A stretch of 64,000 bases of DNA from an uncultured candidatus Porisulfidus sp. (GCA_965215125.1 OZ244052.1:1504001-1568000), one strand, 5' to 3'; positions 1 to 14,000 are shown, counted from the first letter of the stretch. A program made the numbers and translations. The notes: a model not told the origin generated them from the sequence alone.

Positions 1-1
1 C

Positions 2-97
2 TATGAAACTAACAAAGACCTCCGCATAATCGGTTGCGAGTACGCTCTCAAAGGCGACACCACCCTAGACGAAGTCATCGCCGTCACCCTAGAATAG
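2..97 (+). CDS. 3' end (partial) of GspE/PilB-family secretion ATPase
   Basis: Frame 2 reads YETNKDLRIIGCEYALKGDTTLDEVIAVTLE*, resembling the G-x-TTLEEV-x-x-VT C-terminus of GspE/PilB ATPases. Only 31 aa are visible. Confidence 0.6.
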   Translation, partial: YETNKDLRIIGCEYALKGDTTLDEVIAVTLE

Positions 98-114
98 ACC
101 CCCCCTAACACGAC

Positions 115-222
115 GAACTATTCCCCGCCTATGGAGGGGTGGCAGGCGCAGCCTGACGGGGTGGTTGTGAAAGTATCTGCACAATGTTACGCCGATTAAC
201 CTACCAACCCAATCGACGATTT
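115..222 (+). repeat. Intergenic composite repeat copy 1 (module A + module B)
   Basis: Module A ttccccgcctatggaggggtggcaggcgcagcctgacggggtggtt (121-166) and module B gttacgccgattaacctacc..aatcgacg (186-221). Both recur elsewhere in the window. Confidence 0.85.
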
Positions 223-296
223 TATTCGTACGGAACATCCTAAAAAATGATATAATCACATTCTAAGTTAAATTATAAATTTAAAGGGATAGTTAA

Positions 297-707
297 ATGC
301 CTATACTGAAAAAAAGCATTAAGGATTTTTTAGAAGAAGCTATGAAAAATGTTGTGGCGTTGAAAATAGACGATGCAAAAAAAATAGTTGCAGATGACGA
401 TGTGCAATTCGTTGATGTTCGCGATCCGAATGAATGGGCGAGTAGCGGAGTGATAAAAAACGCGGTCGGCGCGTCAAGAGGCATGCTTGAGTTTATGGCC
501 GACCCCGACAGTCCATACTACAACGAGGTTTTTGATCCGAATAAACGTTTGATTCTATATTGTGCAAAGGGACCTCGCTCGGCATTGGCGGCATGGCGTC
601 TGAAGCAAATGGGCTTTGATAATGTTTGCTATCTCAGCGGCGGATTGAACGCATGGCTGGGTGCCGGCGAAGAAACAACCCATTATGCAGGCACTCCCGA
701 ATCATGA
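297..707 (+). CDS. Rhodanese-like domain protein
   Basis: VDVRDPNEW, active-site loop LYCAKGPRSALAA, YLSGGLNAW. Confidence 0.9.
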   Translation: MPILKKSIKDFLEEAMKNVVALKIDDAKKIVADDDVQFVDVRDPNEWASSGVIKNAVGASRGMLEFMADPDSPYYNEVFDPNKRLILYCAKGPRSALAAWRLKQMGFDNVCYLSGGLNAWLGAGEETTHYAGTPES

Positions 708-788
708 AAGACAGGCAATTTATCAACCATGCCGAACTTTGGCATAAACGGGATACTGCTTGCTTTGTCGGAATAAAAGGCGGTTTTG

Positions 789-817
789 TTGACAGTTTCA
801 ACGAAGCATGGTATTAT
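789..817 (+). promoter_or_regulatory. Predicted sigma70 promoter for adaptor/giant operon 1
   Basis: TTGACA (789-794), 17-bp spacer, TATTAT (812-817) with extended -10 TG at 809-810. Confidence 0.55.
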
Positions 818-1011
818 TGCCGTAGATATAGTAATGAAAAAACCACTTTTTATATATTGATTATCACATAAAAAGGATATAATAACGACATGGTGACCCG
901 AAGTAATAATACATATGACCTCTTAAATAACAAAACAGCTTTGAGAAAGTTGCGAGGGCATTCAATAGCTATAACCTTTCATACATTTGATAGATAAACA
1001 GGAGCAATAAT

Positions 1012-2001
1012 ATGCAAAGATTAAAATTAATTCGTTCGTTGTGCTTGCTATCGGCTTTGATGGTGGGAGTGGTTCCGAGTATTGCAACTGCGCAAGAGTC
1101 ACCTATGCAGGAAAGAATAAATGAAGTTCTACCTACTCAGGATCCTTATTGCACTGCTGATGGAGATGGTCAATATCCGAACTTGCCCTCTACAGGTGCC
1201 ATAAATACGGATGCGTTTGCCGATGATTCAGCGTTATGTAGTGCTGTCACAATATCGGGAACTTCAGTCCCTGCAGGAGTCGTTGACTGGGTATTGGTTG
1301 AATTGAGGGTGGCAGTGCGCTCGGGAGGTACTCCTAATTCGGACGACGCGAATATTTTTACAGAGATTGGAAGCACTGGCGTGACAAGATCTACAGTCAT
1401 AGCTCGAAAACCGGCCTTCTTATTAAATAATGGTAGAATTGTAGATGCAGTAGCATATGCGGACCTAGGTAGTCATACCTCAGACACTCCGGATTCCTGT
1501 AATTTAAGTGAAGATGTGGTTGCTAACTTAGAGGAGAGTAACAACTGTCCTGATCTCATATTTGATGCAGACAATATAGCCGATCGTCTTGACACCAATT
1601 CAGATGGTACCGATGACGATTTATATTTGGTGATCCGCCATAGAAACCATATAGATATTATGTCTAGTACCCCACTAACCGAAAGCTCAGGGGTATACAC
1701 TTATGATTTTATTAGCAACGTAGCTAATGCTAAAGATAATGAAGGGGCAGCTGGAATAAAGGCTAATGCTGGGCCAGGAAATAATAGAGTGGCAATGTTT
1801 TCTGGTGATTCTGATTATAACAATGATATTGATATAGGTGATTATAATAATGCCATAGCGTTGCCGAATGTAGACCGAGGTGATGCAGCTAACCTAGTCT
1901 ATAGGCGTGCAGACAACGACTATAATGGTCAAGTTGATATAAGTGATTACAATGAGTCTATAAGAATCAATCGTGCCCTTTCAGCCGTACTACCAAGATA
2001 A
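1012..2001 (+). CDS. Secreted 'adaptor' protein 1: DWVLVELR/RHRNH beta-domain plus C-terminal dockerin-like double Ca-binding loop
   Basis: Signal peptide (..SIATA|Q). Motifs LPTQDPY, VVDWVLVELR, ARKPAFLL, LYLVIRHRNH, YTYDF. Ends GDSDYNNDIDIGD...ADNDYNGQVDISD. AGGAG RBS upstream. Paralog of 40854-41684. Confidence 0.8.
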   Translation: MQRLKLIRSLCLLSALMVGVVPSIATAQESPMQERINEVLPTQDPYCTADGDGQYPNLPSTGAINTDAFADDSALCSAVTISGTSVPAGVVDWVLVELRVAVRSGGTPNSDDANIFTEIGSTGVTRSTVIARKPAFLLNNGRIVDAVAYADLGSHTSDTPDSCNLSEDVVANLEESNNCPDLIFDADNIADRLDTNSDGTDDDLYLVIRHRNHIDIMSSTPLTESSGVYTYDFISNVANAKDNEGAAGIKANAGPGNNRVAMFSGDSDYNNDIDIGDYNNAIALPNVDRGDAANLVYRRADNDYNGQVDISDYNESIRINRALSAVLPR

Positions 2002-2012
2002 GGAAGAGAGAA

Positions 2013-5000
2013 ATGAATAAAATTTTATTTGTAATAAGCTTACTATTGTTTGCAATTACTAACATCAGTGCTCAAACATTAACCTTACCACAAAGTAGGT
2101 TCACATCGTCCCTTGCGAACAATAATAGAACTTTCCCATCTGATGATGGATTTCTTCATTTTCGGTTTGAACCCGGTGAAACTGAAATCGTGACGCAAGA
2201 TATTGGTGGAGTTGCCACAAAACGTCTCAAATTCACTGTTCAGGCAAGAGTACTTTCAACTACAGATATTCCGATGAGTTATGTAGTAGGATTTTTGAGA
2301 ATTGATTATAGTACTGATGCGTTTGGTGATTTACTTGATCCACCGTTGACTAGAGCGGGGCGAGTAAATCCTGCCGGAAAATGTTCTGTTGGACGTTCAG
2401 CTATATTTGAAACTGAAGGTACAGCAAGCTATACTCTAGGCATTCAGGCAACTGATAATAATACTATGCTTGTTGAAGAGACTAGTACTGCCTTCTCTAA
2501 TCCGTCCGCTGAGGCTGAGGCCTTTGGGTTTTTAACAAACCAGTTTAAGCCATATATAACATTGACATGTACAATCGTTAATGACACAATGGACGCAAAC
2601 ATTTCAATCAATGGTTCAAATGCCTCAGGCAACTCTATTCGCAGAGATTATCCTGACCCTCAGGACTTTTCCGCTCCTGCTGCTAATCAACGTTCCATCC
2701 TTCCAATAGCAGACAATGATATCCGCGGCTTTCGTTTAGATGGCAAGACTTGGGTTGAGGATTATGTGCGATATGAAAATGGACGTGGCGTTCGGCTTAA
2801 GTTTTCCAAAGGGATTAGAACGGAGTTAACTAAAGATCACTTTAGCATTGAATCAGTGTCACTTGATGATAGTGCGATAAGTACAGTGACCCATGTGGTA
2901 GGCACCCCTTATGTTGAAATTGATTTTAATCAAGTGGTGGGTACAAATTTCGATGTGAACAACATAGCAACTGACATATTAAGAATTAGTACCGACACCA
3001 TTGTAGATATGGATGGCAATAATTTGGCTGATGGTAATTTTGCGGCAGCACTATATTATGATGCAGCGGCACCTAAGGTCACCGAAATTATCCCTAATGA
3101 AGATGGCGATGAATTTACACTGACTTTCAGTAGTGCAATTGCTCCTAACACCGTTACTAAAGAGAGTTTATGTGTAACTGAGCCAAACGGAATATGTGTA
3201 GCAGAAGAAACGACCCCAACGGTACCCATTCTTAGTGTAACAACGCATGGTGATATGCCGACCACACTCACAGTGGTTGTTGCTCAGCCCGAACGTGCTA
3301 AAGTAGGCGGCACACGGTCTATAGAATTTAGGCGCAATGCTGTTCTTGGTGATTTTAGCATTACTGGGCCTCTGAGAACAGTAGAAGATTACCAAACCGT
3401 ATTAAGAGACGCACTGATGTTGCAAGACACGATTGGTCCGGAGATTACAGTGGCTAGAGTGACTGCAGGGGGCAACTTGGCATCGGGCAATCTCACCCCG
3501 TCGAGCGGAGATTATACTATGTACTTTAGGGTAACTGCCGATGAAGATGTACCAGAATTAAGTACCACGGCTGCTTATCAGTTGGAAGATAGTAATGGCG
3601 ACTTAGTTAATGCCACCGCAGCAATACAGACTGTTGTAACACAAAACAGAGATGTGATACTTCAGTACACCGTTGAGGTTGGCAATACTCCAGCTAATGC
3701 AACATACTTCACATTGGCTCGTAGTAGTACTAATCCGGCAGATCTGCAAGATGCATCAGGTAATGATCCGATTATACCTGGCAGTATAGATGACGATAAC
3801 CCAACTGGGATAGAGATAGCTGCCGGCGCAGAAATAACAGCTGACGCGTCTGCTCGAGCACCAAGAGATACAACTGCACCGTCAATCACTGTGGACATGG
3901 CAACCGTTGTGCCAAGCAATAATGGTTTAACATATAATGTAACATTTGAGCTCTCTTCAAACGAAGCTATTCCAAATATCGGGAATGAGAGTTCTTATAC
4001 GGTGACAAGAGACGGTGGTTCTGCTCCGTCAGGTTCTGCTAGGATAGTAAGCGTAAATGCTAATGCTGCTACGACTGGTGCAACAGTAATTTATACTGCT
4101 CAATTCGGAAATAACCAATACAATGCTGTGCGACCCGTAAGAGGCTGGAGACTAGACTTCGTATCGGGAGAATTATTGGATCAAGACGGTAATCAAGCTA
4201 GATTCCCGGACGCGGCAGCAAGAACGGCAGAAAGAGACGACGATAGTCCTATAATCACGATAGAAGGTAATCCGACGCTGACTGTAGTTCCCGGCATTGG
4301 CGGCAACTCTACCGTAACTGTGAGTTTTGTGGTGGCTTCCGATGAAGATGTACCAACTTTGGATGAGGCGGCATCGTATAGTTTAAGAAGATATTCAGAC
4401 AGAGCTGGAAATAATGCCTTATCTTTTTCAGGAGAAACTATAACAGTTATGGGCAACGATAGACAAGCAATGTTCACTGCTGTGATACCACTTAGTCAAA
4501 GCCAGTTGAGAGAAACAGCGGCATTCGGCTTGAACCGTGCTCTTGGCGACACCAGGTTGTTGGATACTTCCGGCAATCCACCAAATATATCTCCCGGTTT
4601 TGGGATAGATGACAACAAGTTTGCCCTCAGGGAGACTGATGGTGCAGTGGTTACAGTAGTAAGAGTAGATAATGTCCCTACAGATAATGATGTTGAGGCA
4701 AGGCCGGATGATAACAATGGGAACCGGTACGCCATAGGCTTCACAATCACGAACACCGAGCACGACACTAAGCCTATTAGCGATCTTGCTGATCCAAATT
4801 CTTATATGATATTGCGCAGAAGTGGAACTTCCAACACGACTGATGTGACAGTGATGAGTTCTGGCGTTACTGATGGAGTGAACAGTGTGGTACTGAATTT
4901 TAATGTGACAATAAATAATCAAGATGATACCGAGATGACAAACGGCTTCGTGCTGGCGCGTGCTAATGATCCCAACGCATTACTGGATAGTAATGGCAAC

Positions 5001-8000
5001 GCGCTTAGATTTGGTTCTGTCACCCCTGTCACCATTGGTGTAGGGGAGGCAATCAGCAGTGCAGGTACAGCAGTAGCACGCCGAGATACAACTAAACCAA
5101 ATCTAACGGTATCACCGGGCGAAGCTGAAACATCAGATGGTAATATCTACACTGTTAGATTCACGGTAACACCCAGCGAAGAAAATGTTCGTGGTATTAG
5201 TACTACTACTTCGTATTCTCTATTAGTTGCAGAAGAGGAAAATCAGGTAATGACAGGATTCCGAACGGCAACTAGTATTAGCCCGATGAGTATAACAGAG
5301 AATAGTGGTTCTCAAGTAGTCACTTATACAGTAAACATAGCCACCCTCCAAGCTGGTCGTCCAGTTACTTTCCCCTATGGACTTATGCTAGGTCGTGCGA
5401 ACGACGGCTTGCGAGACTTGTCAAATAATGATCCGATTCAGACTGCTACAAACGGAAGTAGAACGAATACCGAAGTAGCTAACGGACAACCATTGCAATC
5501 AGGTCAGGTAGTATTATTAGATAGAGTGTCGCCAAGTATTACGGTGACAGCAAACAGCATTGCGCCGGTGCCCGCTAACCCTGGCCGATACACGATGTCA
5601 TTTACAACAACAGCAACCGAAGACGTAAGGAATATAGGGAATGCAAGTTCATACCGGCTGATGCGTGTAGAAACCGATGACACTTGGGGGGCAGCATCAT
5701 TAACTGCTTCGCAAGATTCAGTGACCGTTAATGATAATGAAGTTGGTGGATTAGGGACTTCGGCGACATTCACCTATACCATTACTTTCACCGGTAACGT
5801 TGCAACTAGGCTTGCAAACATAAGAGGGACACGAGGGTTCACGCTGGCACTGGTTAGCGGACCAAATCAAATAAATTTACAGGATGTTGCAACTAACCTG
5901 CCGGTAAAAAGCAATGGTGACAATATATATGATACTGATGGGACGACCTTGCTGAATGACGGAATAATAGCACCGATATCAGGTGGTGTGATTGCCTCAA
6001 GTGCGGTAGCAGCGAGAGACACGACAGGCCCTGCTTTAACGGTGACTAGTGGCAATGCTACTCCGGCCACACCTACGACATATACAGGAAGTTTCAACAT
6101 TGCTGCAACGGAAAATATACGAGGTATAAATGATGAGGCTTTATATAGCTTGCTTCGTATACCGCTAGTCAGTGGAACTACTAATCCGGATAATGCAAAT
6201 GCAGTGGTAGAGACTGATGCGACTATCACTGTGACAAGCGGAACGAATTTAAGTCAGAGTGCGACAATTAACTTTACTGCTACCCTTGACAATGTGGCAC
6301 AAGCTCGAGGCACCTATGGGTTCACATTAGCGAGAGCGAGCGATGGATTACGAGATATATGGGACAATGCGGTCACTGTAGTCTCGGGTCAACAAAACAG
6401 GCTGACAGCTGGCAATGGAGCAGTTGCTAATAGAGACATAGCTAGTCCTCGAATCACAATAACAGCAACTACTAGTGCCACTGCGGTTTCGCTTGATATA
6501 TATGAGATGGATTTCACAATAAGCAGTAACGAAGATGTTGCAAGTATAGGTGATTCAGCTTCATATCAAGTAGTGCGTGTGCTCAATGATAATACTACGA
6601 CTACGGCAATCAATTCCTCAATGGAACCGATACAAATAAATACTGCAAACCGAAATGTAACAATTCCTGTTCGGATTGATTTATCAGAAGTGTCAAGAGC
6701 GCAAATAATGCAGACCAGAGGATTTACACTACTTCGTGCTAATAATAGTTTAATAGACAGCTCCGGCAATCTTCCGGTTAAGCGTGATGGTTCTACCGAC
6801 ATAGCTAACAATGGCATTATAGGTCCTATAACCGCAGGGAGAATTGACGACTTAGCGTTAGCATTGAGAGAACAAGCTCCACCAGTAATTACGGTTACGC
6901 CAGAACCAGGAGGAGCCGTTGTAACTTCAGGTCAAATAAGAAGATATACGGGAGCTTTTCTAGTAACGAGTAGTGAACCAACTCGGGGTATAAATATGGA
7001 TGATTCATATCAGCTAATGCGTGTGCTAAGAAATAATAACAGAGAGATATTCACCGGGGAGAGTGTTGATCTATCTGTTCAAAATGATGTCCGCAATGTT
7101 GCTAGCGAGAGTCAAGTAATTACCTTTGTAGCCATTTTCTCTGATACTACCAATGTTCGAACCGTTATAAGGGATACACTCGGTTTCACATTGGCGCGTA
7201 GCAACGACCCGAATGACTTAATAGATAATGCCGGCAATGCGGCAGCAAGTCCAAATGCACCATTAGATACAGACTCAACAGCAGTGGCAATGATAAACAA
7301 GGATCAACCGAGGTTTACGGTGACGGCAAATACAGGGGCTAATCCTGATCCTGTCAATGGTAATCAATATACAGCAGGCTTCACCGTGGCTGCCGATCAA
7401 AACATAGTCGGCATAGGCAGTGAGAGTTCGTATGTCGTATTGCGTTCGAGCACACCCACCAGTTTGGGATTAGTGCCTATTGATAGTAGTCTCTATAACA
7501 TAAGGCGAACGAGCGTCGGTTCCGTAGACGGGACGACAGCAACCTTTGAAATTACTGTTACTTATACCGGTATAGCCGATACACAGGGGACTGCCGGATT
7601 TACCTTAGGGCTTGCCGGTGATGGGGATGAATGTAATCTGTGCGACAACCGAAGCAACCTACCGGCGAGAAGCGATGGAACCACTATAAACGAGGATATG
7701 AGCATAGATGATCGCCCGGCAGCTGTTGCAGAAAGAGATACGGTTCCGCCGTTTATAAACGTAATCAGTGGTATTACTGAAGGGGGTGCAGATGTCGCTG
7801 GTGGGGGATGGCGGTTATCATTTAAGATGGACGGTTTTTCTAGCGATGATATCCAAGGATTAGATAACCCGGCTTCCTATAGGATATTGGGTAAAAACTT
7901 TGACGGTAGTTATACTATTTTGCCTTCGGCAAGTAATCCGTATACATTTCCGTCAGTTACCGGGAGAGTGCCATGCAGTGATACAGAAGTTGCTGCTATA

Positions 8001-11000
8001 CAACAATTTCTTGAGACAGGATTGTCTAATTGTCGGGTAATAACTACACGGGATACAACAAGACTCGATATACCCGCAAGTCAGGCGAGGAACATAGAAA
8101 GCTTTGTGCTAGGTCGTGCGCCCGGTGCGCTTCGCGATCGGTCAAACAATGACCCGGTCGTTGCCAACGACAGTCAAACTTCCCCTCGAATAGTAGGGAC
8201 AGGACCTGACGGAGATGGGCGGACTGTTTTGCCACTAGACCTGATCGGTTATGAGTTTACGCTGGACAGAAATAGCCCGTCAATCACGGTGAGACCCGAG
8301 GATTTAAGCCGACGTGGCAACAGCATATCGGGAGCTTTTGCCGTAAGTAGTAGTGATATAATCGACGAAATAAGAAATCCAAGTTCTTATGTGTTGTTGC
8401 GTGTAGCAACAGGTGGCAGCACAACGACGGTAATAAACAACGCAATAACCGGATCTGGATCAGGTGATGCCCGATCGGCAACGATTAGATTTAGTATTAC
8501 CGACAATACCCCCAATCTAGCAGTGAACTTTCAATACACGCTGGGTCGTCTCGCCAACTTATCCGACAAAGCAGGCAATCCGCTTGTCTATGCCGGCACC
8601 ACCGACATGGTATCAACAAACACTCGCATAGACAGAAGTACAACTGCGCTTGCAGACATACCGGCCGAGGACACCATGAACCCGATCGTCACCCTAGAAG
8701 CGACGACACCCCAAGCCAACCCCGATGAAAATAATGAGTTAAGATTTACCGGGGCCTTCGTGGTGAATTCCGATGAAGAAATTCCCGCCATAGGACAGTC
8801 AGGATCCTATCAGTTGCTTCGTGTCCTCAGTGGCAATGCTACTACTACTACCGGTATTGCCAATGTCAGCTTCACTTTTAGCAATGGCACAACAAGTTCG
8901 GTAACAATCAATTTTGCCGTAACCCTTGCCGGTATAACTCAAGTGCAAGCTACAACCGGTTTCACATTAGAGCCTACTGCCAACTTTGTAGATGGCGGAG
9001 GCAACGGGCCACTAAACAATGAATTTATTGCTAACGCCGATGATGACCCCACAGTCGCAATGCGAGAAGACGATTCTCCGAGACTATCGGCATTGGCGCA
9101 AACCGGTCAACAACCGACTTTTGCTAGCGGCCCGCGTGTCATGACCCCGGCATTTAGAGTTAATGTAGAGAGTCCAGTCGAAACTATTAGAGGGATAAAT
9201 CAACCGAATTCATATCAAATATTGCGCCTTGTAGGCACTGCAGACAGTCAGACAGTGGAACCGTTCAACGGTACCGAAGTCGTCAGCATAGGTAGTAGCA
9301 ATGCAGATGGACAGCTAGTTTCTGTTACAGTGACATTTGATAACATACAAGATGCGAGAAACACTTATGGCTTCGCATTAGCTCGCAGAGGCAATCTGCG
9401 CGACTTATCCGGCAACGATCCCTTAAGTACCGCTGCAGATGGAACGACCGGGACAGCAGTGGAACTGAGTTCTCGTATAGATTTAAGAGACAGTGCCGTA
9501 TGGGTCAGAACGGATAGAACACAACCGAATATCACGGTGGTTGCACAAGGCCCCGAAGGTCAAGAAGCACAACCTGTTTCATCCAATCCGGTCGTTTATA
9601 CGGGAAGTTTTCGTATAAGTTCCGGCGATGTTATCAGAAACATCAACTCCCCAAGTGCATATCAGTTGCTGCGTCAAACAATGGGCGGTTCCTTAAGCAA
9701 TATTGACGCAACAATAAGCGTTAGTAATTTGGCCGGAACTCCCTCAGCTGGTTTCACTGCAGCAACCGTCGCATTTAGAACAACCCTAACTGCACCAATA
9801 CTAAGAGCTACCGGGAGCTCTGCGACAGCAGGATTCATCTTAGCGAATGCTTCAACAGATATCAGCGGGCTACACGATATTGCAGGTAATTTACCGGTGA
9901 CAGATAATGCCGATTCCTTGTCAAATACAGAAGCCTCTATCGCCGCAAGAGACACAACTCCGCCGACGATTACGGTGGTTGCATTAGGTCAGGGGGCTAT
10001 GCCTGCACGGAACAACCCGCTCGTTTATACGGGAAGTTTCCGTGTAAGTTCTACGCCTACCGAAGCTATCAGAAACCTAAACCGACCGGCATCCTATAAT
10101 TTATTACTTATAACTAACGCAGGTGCAATACGCCCGTTTAGCGCAAGTAGCACAACGATAACAGTTGGTGCAACAACATTCGCTCCTATAGGAATCCCAA
10201 CGGCAGCGACGGTTAATTTCGAGGCAAGTCTAAGCGAGTCTATCGTAACGGCTACAGGCAACGATGCAATAATGGGCTTTACTCTGGCCAGTGCTACATC
10301 AACGGGCCTTGACGGATTGCGAGATATTGCATCTAATGAACCAGTACTATTTAGTGAGAGACGTTTAAGCAATCAATCCGAGGCGATAGCGGAAATAGAA
10401 ATGGATGCACCGGTAATAACGGTGATTGCGGAAGGCGAGGAAGCTCAACCCGATCCGGATAATCCGCTGGTTTACAGAGGAACTTTCGTAGTAACCGCGC
10501 CTGTCGATGATCCGGTCAGAAACTTAAACGATCCGGCAGTGTATAGGTTATTGCGTCTAACTACTGCAGGCGTTATAAATGGAATTGCTTCAACGTTGAC
10601 CATCAGCAGTTTCGTAGAAAGTGCCACTCCAGCCTATTACACTTCGGCAACAGTCATGTTTGAAACGGTTTTAGCCAATACAGACCAGTTAGAAAACACA
10701 GCAGGCTTCACATTGGGTGAGAATCGAGTAAGCGGCTTAGGTGGTCTGCAAGATAATGCCGGTAACCGACCGCGTAATACGCCGCCACTGAGACGCTTAG
10801 ATTCTGCCGACACTGCGATAGCAAGGATTCAAGTAACACGCATAGAATGTGCAGCATTCTATCGCGACATAGGTCAAAACGAGCTGTTCTTCAGAGTACA
10901 AAGTGAAGATGCGCTTAATCTGGCAGGATTGCAATTAACCCAGTCAGGTTCCAGTTTGGCTATTGACGGTCCGGTTGAGCAAATAGGAACAACACCGTCA

Positions 11001-14000
11001 ACAGTTGAAAATGTCTCAATAATTAAAGCGACATTAGCTAATGAAATCACAAGTAACGACGATATTACAGTTGCTTACACTTTATCGGAACAGGATGCCT
11101 TCCCGGCCAATGCTACTTGCGAAGCTAGCTTGACCAGCAATATAGACAACGATGCTCGTGTAGACATAGTTGATAATAACCCATTTGATGCAACCGACTT
11201 GGCAGTGAACACAAATGTTGCAGCAACCGGGCCTGCAACACCGCACAACATAGAAAGAGATACCTTCTACAGCCGTGATGTATTGGTGCGTAGCCTGATA
11301 CGAGAGTCATTTACTTATGTAGAAGCAGGCATGAAAAAGCAGTTCACCACACCTATGACCGCAAACGAATATTTCGGTATAGAGCCTAACGACAATACCG
11401 AAGTATTTACCATTGCCTTTGAAGCCGAGGATGCGGATTGTAGAGAGATATTACAGGCTTCTAGAGACTATAACCTGAGCAAAGTTAAGCTAGATGAGTT
11501 TTGTAATATAGGGAACGGTACGATTGATTTTCTCGAGCAACCGATAGAGAGTTTCCTAAGCTATGTATGGGCGGATATTGAGAATGAACGCTTGGCGGGT
11601 GGCAATTACACGACTTACGACATTCGCATACTGGCGGAGATAAACTTCTCGGGACAATCGTCTTATATATATACTAAAGAGACCACAAAAACTGTCGTTG
11701 TCTCAGCTTATAGCGACACCCTCCCAATAGTGATTCAATCCCTTATCAGGAGCCAATCGGACGAAGGCAGAATGTTTGATGATGAACTGTTAACATTCAT
11801 AAATCCGGACCCAACAAATATTAATAGTGGCATTCTTAGCGGCACTTATAATGTGAGTGAATATAGGAAGCATCCGCAACCGGGAGAGACTATTACTCAC
11901 TGGATGAGCACTACCACTGGAGTATGGGCTCCTACCGAAGCGACTTTAGAACCACGGCAAGGAGGTTATAATTTTGGTGGTGATGTATTGAGCGCAGTAG
12001 GTACCGATAACCACATTGATGTTAGAGTAGCAAGAGACGGCGATAGCGAACCTATCACTAGAATAAACCAGATACTGCTATACGATGTTGCCGGACCGTC
12101 GCCGATAAGAGTCAACTCTATGGTTGCAGACCGCGATTATTATGTGATAGCGGACGTGACTACAAATGAATCGGATGTACAAGCTGTAGTGGCAACTCAA
12201 TTTATAGATGGATATACCGAGATCATAACGACGAGCACAACGATTGATCGCATCCAAAGCGCAGGACACTTGATTGAACAGGAGGATTTTGAAGTTATTG
12301 CGCTAAGTGTAGAAGACAATTTTACAACTACGGGAACGATTACCGTAGGGTGGGACAGCATAAATAGTGCGCAGAATGTTATTGCAACCTATCTTGTAAC
12401 ACCTACGCCACCGAGCAATTATGCGTTTTCAGATAGTGACGGCGACCGTATCCATGATGCTGTTGATTTTGCGCCTGGCGACAACACAAGATTACAAGTT
12501 GCCGTCGGAGGTGTTATACAGGGTAATATTGATTATTTAAGAGCGCATAATGATGGGCAACCGCTGTATGCCTCCGATGAAGTACTGATTATAGCTGCCG
12601 GTAGCAACAATCGTTTAGATTATTCGGTAGCAAATATAAGTACCGCAACGGCAGTTGGTTTGGAATTGGACGATGTTGAGGGTGGCAACACAATAAATAC
12701 AATCGCAACATTCGGTATCCGTTCGGTAGATTATGCTTATACTCAAGATGATCCTCAAAGCGATGCTGTAGCGGAAGGCGGTATGGCACATGTGACTTTC
12801 CCGATACCGGCAGGTATCCTCAATGAGGTTCAATATATCAGTCAGTATAATTCGGAGTCCGAGCGATGGGGGCGTTTTGAAAGAGGTACTAATAGAGGCG
12901 GCTTTGCAGATACCTGGTATGTGATAGATAGACCGAGTGGAGAAGCATGTCCGAGGGATATTCAGCTATATAAGAATGTGCATCAAGCCACCGGAGACAG
13001 CGACATGGGCTTTACGGCAAATACGCCGAGGTGCATAATGTTGTCAATTACCGACGGAGGTCCTTACGATGGAGGTTCTATGGGTCAGGGAGTTGCAGAT
13101 GACGAGCGCGGTGCAGATGGAAGAATCAATAGTCTAATAGGTATAGGAACGCAACTAAACCCCCCCTCGCCAAGTTTCGAGTGTGCGGCTATCTATCCTA
13201 ATATAGGCCAAACCGAATTGTTCTTTGAAATAGAAGGGATTCCAACCGGTGGCACGTTTGAAATAAGCGGTGCTACTATACAAGACTTTAGTTTTGTTCC
13301 CGTGATCAAAGTAACATTAAGGGAAGAGATTACAGATCGTATGCTTTTGGTGAATTATACGACAGCTAACGGCGAGGTCAACGCAACAATGTGTATGGCT
13401 AGCCTGACGAAAGACAGCGACCTTGACGGTGTGATAGACATAGCCGATGCTTCACCGTTTGATCCAACTGATGCCACGCGAAATCCAGACACTACTACGC
13501 AAACGCAAACTACCACGCTTGCCGAGGTGAACGAATGGTATAGCCGTGATGTGGTGATACGCAGCCTGCTAAGAGACGAAGAATTTGATTTTATAGAAGA
13601 AGTGGTAAATGGCGAAGATATCGGAGGAACATTTACTGGAACATTTACTGCGCATATGGCAATGAATTGGGAAGCATATTTTGGTATAAATGCTAACGCT
13701 AACACCCAAATATTCAGAATCGACAGTGGCTCGGAATGTGATCTCATATTAGCAGCTGCTAAGGATAATAATCTAAATGCAGTGAATATAGATGAGTTTG
13801 ACAGTTGCGATGAAAGAGTGATCGACTTTGCTACCGAACCGGTTACTCCGAGTGGCAGCCAGCGATATGTTTGGGCAGATGTTAGGGATGGGCGACTCGT
13901 AGCAAGCGACTACCCCGATTATAATCTGAAGATAGTACCTGAAATAAACTTCTCGGGACAACCCACCTATATATTCCCCGAACCCACTACCAGAACGGTA

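Noticed and set aside
626-871. 81-aa ORF upstream of adaptor 1
   Set aside because: Overlaps the rhodanese gene and the predicted promoter, with no motifs.
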